Made by a program: the position numbers and the translations under genes. The notes beneath the pieces are model-generated. The model did no database searches, was not told where the DNA came from, and was given only the letters and a program-made list of their open reading frames with translations. Positions 28,313 to 38,472 of a DNA stretch of 64,000 nucleotides are shown here, one piece after another. Source of the DNA: an uncultured Legionellales bacterium (GTDB lineage Bacteria; Pseudomonadota; Gammaproteobacteria; JAHCLG01); contig CAYGUK010000001.1 of the NCBI GenBank assembly GCA_964352985.1, forward strand, positions 5,374-69,373. The letters are read 5' to 3'. Position 1 is the first letter of the stretch. Each line of letters opens with the position of its first letter.

Positions 28313-28430
28313 ACACGTAGAGACCGAAACGGGCAAAAGCTAATTACCCAGATAAATTATCAGCACAGAATGATTCTTGCCAATAACTTAAAACATAGAA
28401 TATAATCTTTTAAAACATATGTCAAGCGCT

Positions 28431-29519
28431 TTAAATCGCACACTGTGAAATATCGCGACTAGACAAATATTTCACACATATTTGTTGGATGGTATCATCT
28501 CTTTTTAAGATAGTTAATTGTGAATCCACTTTAAGTCGAAGGTCTGGTTCGACATCACGAGGATATGCGAAACCTACTTCATAAAAAGCAATCGTTGCTG
28601 GTGAAAGAAATAATTTTGAATCATAGTGTTGTTCTAAATAATACTGTAATTCTAGGTAGTCACCCACAATCGCGGATACGCGTCGATATAGCAACAAACG
28701 TTCAGCCTCTTTCATTGAATCAACCAACATTGGCACACCACCATAAAGCCGACCATCCTCTGCCGCAGCTTGTCCTTTAATCGTTGCAAATTTACGATTA
28801 CGTAGCACATTAAAACTAGTTAAATTTTTATTTGATAACGATAAATTAAAAGCGGATGTCACCGTACCAATAATTGTAGTTAAAAAGATGAAAGTTATAA
28901 TTAACATAATTAATGAAATAATCCGTCCCAATGCAGTTTTCGGATAAACCAATAAACTTCCACTGAAAAAGATAACCGAGAATAGCCAAAAAGTATGAAA
29001 AAAAGCTTGTAACTTAGAATCGATATCATAAGGTTTTTCAGGTTTCTCAATTTTCCAATATAGAAAAACCAAAATTACAAATAACGCTACTAAAATGAGT
29101 AATGACCATTTCAACAAATGACCAATGATATGACCGACATAGCTCCAAAAATTTAAATGATGAACTGTTTCTAATAAACCAACTCGATTGATATAATATG
29201 ATCGAGAAAAATCAGCCGTTTTAATATTTTTGTGGGTAATAGAAACCATACCAATTAAAACATCTACTTTCCCTTGCGTTAATTCATCTAAAGCTTTTTC
29301 AGTATCAGTACCCATCGAGACAAAAGAATATTGCCAGTGATAATATTCTGCAATTTGCTTCCATAAATCGATTGAAATCCCTGTTAGTTCACCATTTTTC
29401 TCAATAACTAATGGTGGTGAAGAAATATAGCCTACTTTAAGTACTTTGATATTTTGGGCAAATGAAATGCAAATCGGACAAATTATCAAAACTAAAATTA
29501 ATATGCTATTCCTTCGCAT
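28431..29519 (-). CDS. prokaryotic ionotropic-glutamate-receptor-like protein (type-3 solute-binding domain split by a channel module)
   Basis: Signal peptide, then SBP lobe 1 (LKVGYISSPPLVIEKNGELTGISIDLW), a TM and a pore-helix-like segment. TFWLFSVIFFSGSLLVYPKTALGRI lacks the GYGD filter. A second TM ends in IGTVTSAF (compare iGluR SYTANLAAF), followed by SBP lobe 2. Confidence 0.65.
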   Translation of the reverse strand: MRRNSILILVLIICPICISFAQNIKVLKVGYISSPPLVIEKNGELTGISIDLWKQIAEYYHWQYSFVSMGTDTEKALDELTQGKVDVLIGMVSITHKNIKTADFSRSYYINRVGLLETVHHLNFWSYVGHIIGHLLKWSLLILVALFVILVFLYWKIEKPEKPYDIDSKLQAFFHTFWLFSVIFFSGSLLVYPKTALGRIISLIMLIITFIFLTTIIGTVTSAFNLSLSNKNLTSFNVLRNRKFATIKGQAAAEDGRLYGGVPMLVDSMKEAERLLLYRRVSAIVGDYLELQYYLEQHYDSKLFLSPATIAFYEVGFAYPRDVEPDLRLKVDSQLTILKRDDTIQQICVKYLSSRDISQCAI

Positions 29520-29534
29520 GTGAACACTTCTCCA

Positions 29535-30191
29535 TTATATTAATTTTCTGACACCCTTTCGTGTACCAACTAAAACATGGGATGCGGGTAGCTTTGCAAA
29601 CAATCCATTTGCAACAACACCTGGTATATGATTAATTTTTTCTTCTAACGCTATTGGATCGGTTATTTTAAGATTAAAAATATCTAAAATTACATTTCCA
29701 TTATCAGTGGTAAATCCTTCACGATATTCAGGATCACCACCTAGTTTTACTAATTCTCTTGCAACAAAGCTTCGAGAAAATTCGATCACTTCAATGGGTA
29801 AGGGGTGATTTTTCCCTAATACTTTTACGACTTTACTTTCATCTACAATACAAATAAATTGCTTAGCCGCTGCTCGAACAATTTTTTCTCGTGTCAAAGC
29901 GCCGCCTCCACCTTTTATGCATTGTCCATAATCATTCACTTCATCTGCGCCATCGACATAAAGACTAAGTTGGCTAACTGAATTTAAATGAACAATGGGG
30001 ATACCTATATCTTTTAGTCGCTTTTCAGTTTCAACTGAACTAGGAACCGCACCATCTATTTTAGCTTTATGATTTTTTAAGCATTCAATAAAACAATTTA
30101 CCGTTGAACCTGTTCCAACGCCAATGACACTCTCTTGTGGTAAAAATTCAATAGCAGCTTCTGCAGCAATCATTTTTAAATCTTCAGACAT
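29535..30191 (-). CDS. rpiA: ribose-5-phosphate isomerase A
   Basis: 218 aa with [14 protein letters not shown] and [11 protein letters not shown] motifs. Confidence 0.92.
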   Translation of the reverse strand: MSEDLKMIAAEAAIEFLPQESVIGVGTGSTVNCFIECLKNHKAKIDGAVPSSVETEKRLKDIGIPIVHLNSVSQLSLYVDGADEVNDYGQCIKGGGGALTREKIVRAAAKQFICIVDESKVVKVLGKNHPLPIEVIEFSRSFVARELVKLGGDPEYREGFTTDNGNVILDIFNLKITDPIALEEKINHIPGVVANGLFAKLPASHVLVGTRKGVRKLI

Positions 30192-30205
30192 TTTATCCCC
30201 CTAAT

Positions 30206-30850
30206 TCAAATCCAATAAGCTGTTTTGGTCATAATTTTCGATGTGAAAGACATCATCGCTTTAATAAAATCTGGCAATTCAGCGGCCCCTGCTGTCACAG
30301 CTACCGTTGCATGATAAGATTCGTCCTCTACCATTTGTTCTAATATCGCTTTTGATTGCTGATCGTTACTGGGCAATTTTTCCAAATGGCCTTGTAAATG
30401 ATGGACTACTTGTCGTTCTGTTTCAGCTAAAAAAGCGAGATTCCACTTATCTCCTGCAACACCTGCAACCATACCAAAAAAGAACGAACAACTATACCAA
30501 ATCATATTCAAGTAACTTGTATGACTATCCAAAGCCTGAATACGTTCTTGGCACCAAGCTAAATGCTCTTTTTCCTCAATAGCAGATTGTTTTAATTTTT
30601 CTTTGACTTCACCATCACGTGCAGTTAAGGCTTGACCCTGATACAATGCCTGCGCGCAAACTTCACCAACGTGATTGACTCGCATCAAACCTGAAACTTG
30701 TCGTCGTTCCTCATTGGATAACTCGGCTGCTGGATAGTTATTTGCAGGATTTTCACGATTAACTTGTGGTTTAACTGCAAAGATAGTGCGCACGGCAGTA
30801 TCAAATTGCAAAATTAATTTATCTTTGAAAGAATGATTTATTATAGACAT
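30206..30850 (-). CDS. coq7: demethoxyubiquinone hydroxylase (Coq7 family di-iron monooxygenase)
   Basis: LMRVNHVGEVCAQALYQGQ, EEKEHLAWC, ETERQVVHHL and EDESYHA are ExxH di-iron motifs. The start is set at the ATG at 30850 (MSIINHSF), because the longer track ORF would overlap metX. Confidence 0.85.
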   Translation of the reverse strand: MSIINHSFKDKLILQFDTAVRTIFAVKPQVNRENPANNYPAAELSNEERRQVSGLMRVNHVGEVCAQALYQGQALTARDGEVKEKLKQSAIEEKEHLAWCQERIQALDSHTSYLNMIWYSCSFFFGMVAGVAGDKWNLAFLAETERQVVHHLQGHLEKLPSNDQQSKAILEQMVEDESYHATVAVTAGAAELPDFIKAMMSFTSKIMTKTAYWI

Positions 30851-30882
30851 GTTGTTCCAATAATTAAGGTGCTTTAATTTTA

Positions 30883-31959
30883 ATGAAAGAGAATATAATA
30901 CAACTTGATGAAGGCAAATGGCAATATAACAGCAATCAGGCTTTTTTATTGTCAAATGGTGAAACCCTTTCATCACTAAGTTTAGTATATGAGACTTACG
31001 GAAAATTAAATTCTCAAAAATCTAATGCCATATTAATTAATCACGCCTTATCGACTTCAAGCCATCTACGCTCGCATCATGAAAATGATAGCAAAGGATG
31101 GTGGGAAAAAATGGTTGGCCCTAATTGTCCTATCGATACCAATCACTATTTTGTCATCTGTATAAATAATATAGGAAGTTGCCATGGTTCAAGTGGCCCA
31201 ACTACGATAAACCCAAATAATCATAAACCTTATGGCAACACATTTCCTGGTATTTCTATTCACGATATTAGCCATTCTCAATTTGAATTAATTTCTTATC
31301 TAGGAATAGAATCACTTTACGCCGTCATTGGTCCTTCGATGGGTGCGATGATTTCACTTGATTTTGCTTGTCACTATCCGCTTCACGTAAAACATTTAAT
31401 TTCAATTTCTTCTTGTTATCGGTCATACCCCAGTAACATCGGGATTAGAACAATTCAACGTGAAATTATTCGACTTGATCCACAATGGCAAAATGGTGAT
31501 TTCAATCATCCTCTACCTGGGTTTATTACTGCGCGAAAACTAGCGCATTTAACTTATCGTAATACTGAAGAATTAAATCATCGATTTATAAAATTAGAAC
31601 AAGATCAACATGATCATCGGACAATGAATAGTTATTTAGAATACAATGCAGAAAAATTTACTAAAAACTTTGATGTAAATAGTTATTTATTACTTACTAA
31701 AGCTATGGATGATTTTAATATTGCGCCTGATCACTTAAATCCTCAACAATTCGTAAAAGAGATTAAAGCTAAAACTTTGATTTTATCTGTTACTTCTGAT
31801 ACGTTATTTGAACCATTTCAACAACAAGAGTTATTTGAATTATTGCAAAACGCAAATGTTAATGCCCATTATGAAAGTTATACTTCAGACTATGGTCATG
31901 ACTCTTTCCTGGTAGAAATACAAGGAATTGGCAATATCATTCAGAATTTTCTGCATTAA
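30883..31959 (+). CDS. metX: homoserine O-acyltransferase (MetX family alpha/beta hydrolase)
   Basis: YETYGKLNSQKSNAILINHALSTSSH, nucleophile elbow GPSMGAM, and C-terminal GHDSFL. Confidence 0.78.
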   Translation: MKENIIQLDEGKWQYNSNQAFLLSNGETLSSLSLVYETYGKLNSQKSNAILINHALSTSSHLRSHHENDSKGWWEKMVGPNCPIDTNHYFVICINNIGSCHGSSGPTTINPNNHKPYGNTFPGISIHDISHSQFELISYLGIESLYAVIGPSMGAMISLDFACHYPLHVKHLISISSCYRSYPSNIGIRTIQREIIRLDPQWQNGDFNHPLPGFITARKLAHLTYRNTEELNHRFIKLEQDQHDHRTMNSYLEYNAEKFTKNFDVNSYLLLTKAMDDFNIAPDHLNPQQFVKEIKAKTLILSVTSDTLFEPFQQQELFELLQNANVNAHYESYTSDYGHDSFLVEIQGIGNIIQNFLH

Positions 31960-32158
31960 GATTTTCTGATTCAAATTGACATGCCATCTTACAAACCCCA
32001 TTACTTACTGTCGTCTTAAAGATAAAAGGAAAAATACCATGGGCAAAAGCAGCAAAAACAAAAAATAAAAGTCTAAAACCAAATTTAAATGCTCTAAGAA
32101 GATGTTGCCAATAAGTCATATTTTGTTCAATAGGATGAGCAGTAAATGGATTTTTCAT
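31937..32158 (-). CDS. small conserved hydrophobic protein (family not assigned)
   Basis: MKNPFTAHPIEQNMTYWQHLLRAFKFGFRLLFF.... The start overlaps the murU stop (TAATG), suggesting translational coupling. Confidence 0.45.
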   Translation of the reverse strand: MKNPFTAHPIEQNMTYWQHLLRAFKFGFRLLFFVFAAFAHGIFPFIFKTTVSNGVCKMACQFESENLNAENSE

Positions 32159-32820
32159 TAAAGACTCCACTGATTATTATTTAATTTTTTTAACCTTTCT
32201 GGTGTGCCCACATCTATCCATTTTCCACTGAAATATTCGGCACTAATCTTATTATTTTTAATTAGAGGGATTAATACATCTACCAATTTAAAATGATGAA
32301 TAGGATAATCTGCAAACATCGCAGGATGATATAAACCCATCCCTGAATATGTTAGTTTTGTTCCCTGCTCTAAATTTAATTTATCATTTATAAAATAAAA
32401 ATCACCATTACCACGATGTGGTGGATTATCAACCATGATTAAATGTGCTAAAGCTTGATCATGTAATTTGAGATTCTTAAAATTAAAATCTGTGAACACA
32501 TCTGTGCTAATGACAAGAAAAGGTTCAGATCCAAGCAAAGGTAACGCTTTACAAATCCCACCACCAGTTTCAAGTGGTGAATCTTCGACGGAATAATTTA
32601 TTTGCAAATCATATTGAGAACCGTCCCCAAGTGAGGATTGAATCAACTCACCTAGATAAGACACATTAATAACAACTTCTTTAAAACCTGCTTCGGCTAG
32701 ATGTTGCAAATGATAGTCAATTAACGTTTTACCATTTATTTCTAATAAACATTTCGGTTTATCTTTTGTTAATGGCATCATACGTTCGCCACGTCCCGCT
32801 GCTAAAAGCATGGCTTTCAT
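32158..32820 (-). CDS. murU: N-acetylmuramate alpha-1-phosphate uridylyltransferase
   Basis: MKAMLLAAGRGERMMPLTKDKPKCLL...PLETGGGI...WIDVGTPERL aligns closely with Pseudomonas MurU as I remember it. It is adjacent to amgK and divergent from lptD, as in Pseudomonas. Confidence 0.8.
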   Translation of the reverse strand: MKAMLLAAGRGERMMPLTKDKPKCLLEINGKTLIDYHLQHLAEAGFKEVVINVSYLGELIQSSLGDGSQYDLQINYSVEDSPLETGGGICKALPLLGSEPFLVISTDVFTDFNFKNLKLHDQALAHLIMVDNPPHRGNGDFYFINDKLNLEQGTKLTYSGMGLYHPAMFADYPIHHFKLVDVLIPLIKNNKISAEYFSGKWIDVGTPERLKKLNNNQWSL

Positions 32821-33851
32821 TGTTTCATTCTCTCATTAAGCGAAGATAACACTCGATTTTTCAGGAAAAAGTTAAACTCCAGAAGATTGGGGTAATGTTG
32901 TAAAACATCATTGACATAATTCAACGCGCGAGGAATATCAGCAAGATAATCGCGGCTGTCATCACGCAAAAATTTTCTCGCAAATATAAAAATTGCTTTT
33001 AAATGTCTTTGAATGCCCATCAAATCAAACCACTGTGTAAATTGTTCTATATCAATTGAATCGGATAACACATTTTTCTCAATTGCCAAACGAAAATAAA
33101 ATTTTGCTAATTCATCAACTAATTCTTTAGGCCATGCAATATAACAATCACGAATTAAAGAGACTAAATCATAGGTCAAGGGACCCCACATCGCATCTTG
33201 GAAATCAATAATGCCCAACCGACCATTCTCTAATAAAAGTAAGTTTCTCGAATGATAGTCACGATGGATACAAACCTGCGGTTGATTCATCGCATTGTCA
33301 ACTAAAAAATTAAAAACGTTACTTAATAAAATTTCTTCTTCACTCGACAACGATAAACCCATAAATTTTTGTAAAAACCACTCTTTAAAATTTGTAAGTT
33401 CTAATGAAATAGGTTTTTTATCAAATGGTGCAAAATAATAATTTTTATTTTGTTGTATTTTTTGAATTTCAATTAAATCAACAATCGCTTGCTGATAAAG
33501 CGCGAGTGGATTGCCTCGTCTTAGCGCATAAAGTAATAATTCATCGCCAAAATCACTCAATAAAATAAAACCAGCTTCCAGATCTTGTGCATAGACTGTT
33601 GGCGCATTTATTCCGTATTGATGATAACAATCGGCTACTGCAAGAAATGAATGACTATCTTCTTTTTCTGGCGGTGCATCCATTGCAATACTGCTACCTT
33701 GAGTTGTAATGACACGAAAATATCGTCGAAAACTTGCATCACCAGCCAAGGCATTTATCGCCAAAATTTTCGCTTGGCTGACTTCGTTTAACCATTGAGA
33801 TAATTGTTGATAACGCAAATCAACTTTTTCATTAATTTCCTGACTCGCCAT
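32817..33851 (-). CDS. amgK: anomeric MurNAc/GlcNAc kinase (aminoglycoside-phosphotransferase fold)
   Basis: The HRDYHSRNLLL catalytic loop and IIDFQDA are APH-fold motifs. It has a 4-nt overlap with murU. Confidence 0.78.
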   Translation of the reverse strand: MASQEINEKVDLRYQQLSQWLNEVSQAKILAINALAGDASFRRYFRVITTQGSSIAMDAPPEKEDSHSFLAVADCYHQYGINAPTVYAQDLEAGFILLSDFGDELLLYALRRGNPLALYQQAIVDLIEIQKIQQNKNYYFAPFDKKPISLELTNFKEWFLQKFMGLSLSSEEEILLSNVFNFLVDNAMNQPQVCIHRDYHSRNLLLLENGRLGIIDFQDAMWGPLTYDLVSLIRDCYIAWPKELVDELAKFYFRLAIEKNVLSDSIDIEQFTQWFDLMGIQRHLKAIFIFARKFLRDDSRDYLADIPRALNYVNDVLQHYPNLLEFNFFLKNRVLSSLNERMKQ

Positions 33852-33939
33852 CGTCTTCCTTACAAAAAATTATGAAAATATTACTTTCTTTGTGATAAAG
33901 TCCAAGCCTTGTAAATTTACAGAGAAATATCAATTACTA

Positions 33940-36546
33940 ATGTCACGTTTTAAAAAAAATTACAAAATTTATGTTATTTCCCTTGTCTTGTTGTGTATCA
34001 CATTTTTAGTGAGAAATACATATAGCATATCTCAACACCAACAAGCAACGAACTTAGATTGGATTATAGACAAAACTGCTAATAATTTATGCCAAGGATA
34101 TTATTTAGAACCTAACTTAAATCTCTCAGTTGATGATTCAGCACCACTAGAAGAAGGTAAAATTGAGATTATAGGAAATGGTCAACTCAGTTTTTCTCAA
34201 ACAGGCACTTCTAATTTAGAAGATATTATCGTGTCTGAACCAGGACAACGTGTAAAAGCTGATAAAGCTATTTTAATTCGCGATCCAAAAACACATAAAA
34301 TAAATCTTATTAAACTTGAAGGACACGTGCGATTACGACAACCTGGAAAATTACTTATCGGCCAATCGGGCCATATGTATTTAGAATCCAAAGCTGCAGA
34401 AATTAATGATGCAGAATATCATGTTCATCTTAGTCACAAACAAGTTTTACATGATAATCAAATTCAACTAATGGGTTTAACCGCTTGGGGTAAAGCACTT
34501 AAAATAAATCAAGTCAAACCAGGATTAATTAAACTCCAACAAGCTTCTTATACAACATGCTCTCCCTTGTGTAATGATTGGCATCTAAAATCACAAAAAT
34601 TAACTTTAAATAAAGAAACAGGTCGTGGTACGGCAAGAAATGTTTTATTTTATGTGAGGCAAGTCCCGATTTTTTATACGCCTTACATGAGTTTCCCTAT
34701 TGATAACCGCAGATTAACTGGATTTTTATTACCGGCCTTTAATTATTCTTCTAAATCAGGTTATATTTTTGATTTACCATTATATTTGAATTTAGCACCT
34801 AATCTCGATGATACGTTTACACCAGTTTATATTTCGAAGCGTGGTGTGATGTATATGGATTCATTCCGGTATAAAACTCGATATACCACAGGCGATTTAA
34901 AGGCTGCGATACTACCTGGTGATAAAATTTTTCGCCAATTTATTGCACCTAATAATATATTAACTACCTACGCAAGACGTCCCTTAAGTGCCCAGACTCG
35001 CGCAATTAGTAGTAGTGTTAATCGAAAATTTTTATTCTTTCATCAGAAAAGTAAATTCAATAAACATTTTTCAACATCACTAGATTATAATTACACAAGT
35101 GATGATTATATTTTTCAAGATTTTCAAGTTTCACAAATTCCAGGTACACCCATCATTAATGATAATCAACTCCTAAGACAAGCAAGTGCGGAATATAAAA
35201 CAAACCATTGGGATGTCACCGGTCAATTTGAAAAATATCAAACACTCCATCCCATTAATAGCGTTTCATTATTTTATGATCAGTATTCACGGCTTCCCGC
35301 ATTAAATGCGCACGGAGATTATCTTGATGTTCATGGTTTTGATTTAAGCCTCGATTCACAATTTGTGAGATTTCTATATCCAGATCCCACCGCTATTGAT
35401 TTTTATTCAGGTCGTTTTTATGCGCAAGGAACTAGAATCAATGTCGAACCGAGTATTAGTTATCCAATATCAAATTTAAGTGGTTATATCATCCCTAAAG
35501 CTGAATTTGATATGACTCACTATCAAATTCAAAAAGGTCCAACAGGGATTCTTCTCACTCCACAAGGTGTTTGGCCAAAACGTCAAATTAATCGAACCAT
35601 TCCCATCATCAGCGTTGATAGTGGACTCACCTTTGAAAAAAATATTTCGCTTTTTGGTAAAGGATTTATTCAAACTCTCGAACCTAGAATATATTATTTA
35701 TACGTGCCCAATCGTGATCAAAACAATATTCCAATATATGACACTATTATAACAGCCTTTAATTACGATCAAATGTTTCGTGATAATCGTTTTGTCGGAT
35801 ACGATCGTATTGGTAATGCCAATCAAGTCGCATTTGGTCTCACAACAAGATTACTCAACAATTTCACATCTGCTGAAAGTGCTGAGGCAAGCATAGGTAT
35901 TACTCGATATTTTGCGAGACGAATTACATCTATATGTAGTCTTAGAAATTGTGCGGTGACGATTAATCCTAGAAATTCTCAAATCTATTCACCCTTAGTT
36001 GGAAAATCTGTTATTAGTTTAATCCCAGATGTTTCAATCACAACAAATCTTGCCTATAACTTATATTTTAAAAGTTTTGAAACAGCGAGCGTTACGGCGA
36101 CTTATACCAAAGATCAACGCCATATTTTTTATACGAGTTATGTTTATAGTAAAGCAGTGGGTAATAATCCATTCAATCCAACAGCTTATTCCGAAGAACA
36201 CACCTTAAGTTTGGGCACTATTTATGGTATCACTAAATATTTGTCATTAATGGGTATATTGTCAAGACAAACGGTGCAAAATCAAGTAAAACCTGCACAT
36301 GACTTTTATATTGGGGTACAATACGACACCTGCTGTTGGGCTGCACGTCTGATAGTTGGTAAAGAATTCCAAGGAGTAACCAGTTTTGCATTACCCAACC
36401 AAGATACGTCGAGTTATGACAAACGTATTTTATTCCAAGTCATGTTTAAAGGACTTGGCACGTTGGGCACCGGTGACGCACAACCTATTCTTGCAACAGG
36501 TATCCCAGGCTTAAAAGATATATTTGAAACTGAAAGGTCGATATGA
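33940..36546 (+). CDS. lptD: LPS-assembly outer-membrane protein LptD
   Basis: ~870 aa with a signal/TM at MSRFKKNYKIYVISLVLLCITFLV, an N-terminal OstA-like region and a large beta-barrel. It lies upstream of surA-pdxA-rsmA. The track start GTG at 33892 is less likely. Confidence 0.88.
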   Translation: MSRFKKNYKIYVISLVLLCITFLVRNTYSISQHQQATNLDWIIDKTANNLCQGYYLEPNLNLSVDDSAPLEEGKIEIIGNGQLSFSQTGTSNLEDIIVSEPGQRVKADKAILIRDPKTHKINLIKLEGHVRLRQPGKLLIGQSGHMYLESKAAEINDAEYHVHLSHKQVLHDNQIQLMGLTAWGKALKINQVKPGLIKLQQASYTTCSPLCNDWHLKSQKLTLNKETGRGTARNVLFYVRQVPIFYTPYMSFPIDNRRLTGFLLPAFNYSSKSGYIFDLPLYLNLAPNLDDTFTPVYISKRGVMYMDSFRYKTRYTTGDLKAAILPGDKIFRQFIAPNNILTTYARRPLSAQTRAISSSVNRKFLFFHQKSKFNKHFSTSLDYNYTSDDYIFQDFQVSQIPGTPIINDNQLLRQASAEYKTNHWDVTGQFEKYQTLHPINSVSLFYDQYSRLPALNAHGDYLDVHGFDLSLDSQFVRFLYPDPTAIDFYSGRFYAQGTRINVEPSISYPISNLSGYIIPKAEFDMTHYQIQKGPTGILLTPQGVWPKRQINRTIPIISVDSGLTFEKNISLFGKGFIQTLEPRIYYLYVPNRDQNNIPIYDTIITAFNYDQMFRDNRFVGYDRIGNANQVAFGLTTRLLNNFTSAESAEASIGITRYFARRITSICSLRNCAVTINPRNSQIYSPLVGKSVISLIPDVSITTNLAYNLYFKSFETASVTATYTKDQRHIFYTSYVYSKAVGNNPFNPTAYSEEHTLSLGTIYGITKYLSLMGILSRQTVQNQVKPAHDFYIGVQYDTCCWAARLIVGKEFQGVTSFALPNQDTSSYDKRILFQVMFKGLGTLGTGDAQPILATGIPGLKDIFETERSI

Positions 36547-37490
36547 TGAAAAAATTTTTAATAACCATTTTTCTATTAATTTCATTTAATGTGTTTGCAG
36601 TGAATGAACAGTCTTTAAACTCCATCGTTGCCTATGTTAACAATGATGTGATCACTCAAACTCAACTTGATAATGCGATAAATATGGTAAAACATCAATT
36701 AGCAGAAAATCATGATAATTTTCCTACAAATAAATTATTACGCCACCAAGTATTACAAAATCTTATTGATATGCGCCTGCAATTACAAAAAGCCAAACAA
36801 GCCGGTATGAAAGTCGATAATGCAAGCTTAGATAATGCACTAAATCGCATTGCGACTAGTAACCACATGACAGTAAGCCAATTACAACATGCGGTAATTG
36901 CTCAAGGTGTTTCATATGAACATTACAAAAATAACATCCGTAATCAAATCCTTATTGCTAAATTACAACAAGCTGCCGTTGGCCCAACTATCACTGTTGA
37001 AAAAAGTGATGTGTTAAAATTATTAAAACAAAATGGTGAAAAAACGTTAAAACTCTATCACGTTAAAGATATTTTAATCCCCTTAACTGCAAAACCAACA
37101 GCAAGTGAATTACAATCAGCAAAACAAAAAACCCTTGATATTATTTCTAAGCTAAATAAAGGTACCAGTTTTTCCACCGCTGCATTTGCTAATTCTATTG
37201 GCCAAAGCGCTATTCAAGGTGGTGATTTGGGTTGGCGTCCTTTAAGCGATTTACCTCAAGTTTTCAGTGCTAAATTAACATCGATGAAAGTGGGTCAAAT
37301 AAGCGGCCCCATTCAAGCTGCAAATGGTTTTCATATTATTAAATTAGTAAATGTCAAAACCGAACAAAATCAAGGGAAGCTTACTTTTAAGCAAGCGCAA
37401 CAATTAGTTTACTCACGCAAGATGGTTGAAGCATCGCAAAAATGGTTAAATGAATTGCGCTCTTCATCCTATATAAAAATCATCAACTAA
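36543..37490 (+). CDS. surA: periplasmic chaperone/PPIase SurA (short form with a single parvulin domain)
   Basis: Signal peptide, a SurA N-domain and one parvulin domain (GGDLGW...GFHIIKL). ATGA overlap with lptD. Confidence 0.85.
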   Translation: MMKKFLITIFLLISFNVFAVNEQSLNSIVAYVNNDVITQTQLDNAINMVKHQLAENHDNFPTNKLLRHQVLQNLIDMRLQLQKAKQAGMKVDNASLDNALNRIATSNHMTVSQLQHAVIAQGVSYEHYKNNIRNQILIAKLQQAAVGPTITVEKSDVLKLLKQNGEKTLKLYHVKDILIPLTAKPTASELQSAKQKTLDIISKLNKGTSFSTAAFANSIGQSAIQGGDLGWRPLSDLPQVFSAKLTSMKVGQISGPIQAANGFHIIKLVNVKTEQNQGKLTFKQAQQLVYSRKMVEASQKWLNELRSSSYIKIIN

Positions 37491-37491
37491 G

Positions 37492-38472
37492 ATGTTGATT
37501 GCGCTCACTGGTGGTGAACCTGCGGGTATTGGCCCAGAATTAACGATTAAATTAGCAAGTCAATCTTTACCTTGTCCTTTTGTTGTTTTAGGTGATATTG
37601 ACTTGCTAAAAACAACAGCAAAATTTTTAAATGTCAATTGTCAATTCATAGAATTTGATAAAAATCATCCCCCACTTTCACACAAAAAAAATAAAATATA
37701 TGTTCATTCGATAAGATTAACTAAAGAAAATACACTTGGTGAACCACAAGTTGAAAATGTAGATTACGTTTTAGAAACGTTACAAACTGCTGTCGAATTT
37801 TGTCTTCAAGAAATCACACAGGCTATTGTAACCAACCCAATTCAAAAAAGTATCATCAAAAAATCTGGCCTTCCTTTTATCGGTCAAACAGAATATTTTG
37901 CTGATTCATGTCAATGTAAAACTATTATGATGTTAGCCAATGATCAAATGAAAGTTGTGCCTTTAACCACACACTTACCTTTGCGTGATGTCAGTCAGGC
38001 CATTAACCAAGAAAAAATCATTCAAACCCTAACTCTGTTAAACCATGAATTAATCACAAAGTTTAATATTAACCAGCCAAAAATTTTAGTAAGCGGATTA
38101 AATCCCCATGCAGGGGAACAAGGTGAAATGGGTCATGAAGAACAAGAAATAATTATTCCTGCTATAAAATTGTTAAAACAAAAAAATATTAATGTTGAAG
38201 GCCCCTATCCTGCCGATACATTATTTACAAAAAAATATCTCCAACAAGCAGATGCTATTTTATGCATGTATCATGATCAAGGTTTACCTGTGGTGAAATA
38301 TAGTGACTTCAATCATAGTGTGAATATTAGTTTAGGATTACCTTTTGTAAGAACATCTGTTGATCATGGCACAGCACTCGATATCGCCGGACTTGGCAGT
38401 GCTTCGGTAGATAGTTTATTATCAGCATTTAACATGGCATGGAAATTAACGGATGTCAAAAAGACAACATAA
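37492..38472 (+). CDS. pdxA: 4-hydroxythreonine-4-phosphate dehydrogenase
   Basis: GEPAGIGPE, GLNPHAGE, MYHDQGL and TSVDHGTA motifs. Confidence 0.92.
   Translation: MLIALTGGEPAGIGPELTIKLASQSLPCPFVVLGDIDLLKTTAKFLNVNCQFIEFDKNHPPLSHKKNKIYVHSIRLTKENTLGEPQVENVDYVLETLQTAVEFCLQEITQAIVTNPIQKSIIKKSGLPFIGQTEYFADSCQCKTIMMLANDQMKVVPLTTHLPLRDVSQAINQEKIIQTLTLLNHELITKFNINQPKILVSGLNPHAGEQGEMGHEEQEIIIPAIKLLKQKNINVEGPYPADTLFTKKYLQQADAILCMYHDQGLPVVKYSDFNHSVNISLGLPFVRTSVDHGTALDIAGLGSASVDSLLSAFNMAWKLTDVKKTT

Noticed and set aside
30851-30976. N-terminal 42-aa extension of the coq7 ORF in the track (start at 30976).
   Set aside because: It would overlap the divergent metX start by ~90 nt and adds a non-conserved hydrophobic leader. 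The ATG at 30850 gives a normal-length Coq7.
33892-33939. Upstream extensions: the GTG start for lptD here, and likewise 17925-17969 for the MATE gene.
   Set aside because: Downstream ATGs give canonical N-termini (a signal peptide for LptD, MHNKHTF...LKKTFLLSVPL for MATE). The extensions have no supporting features.
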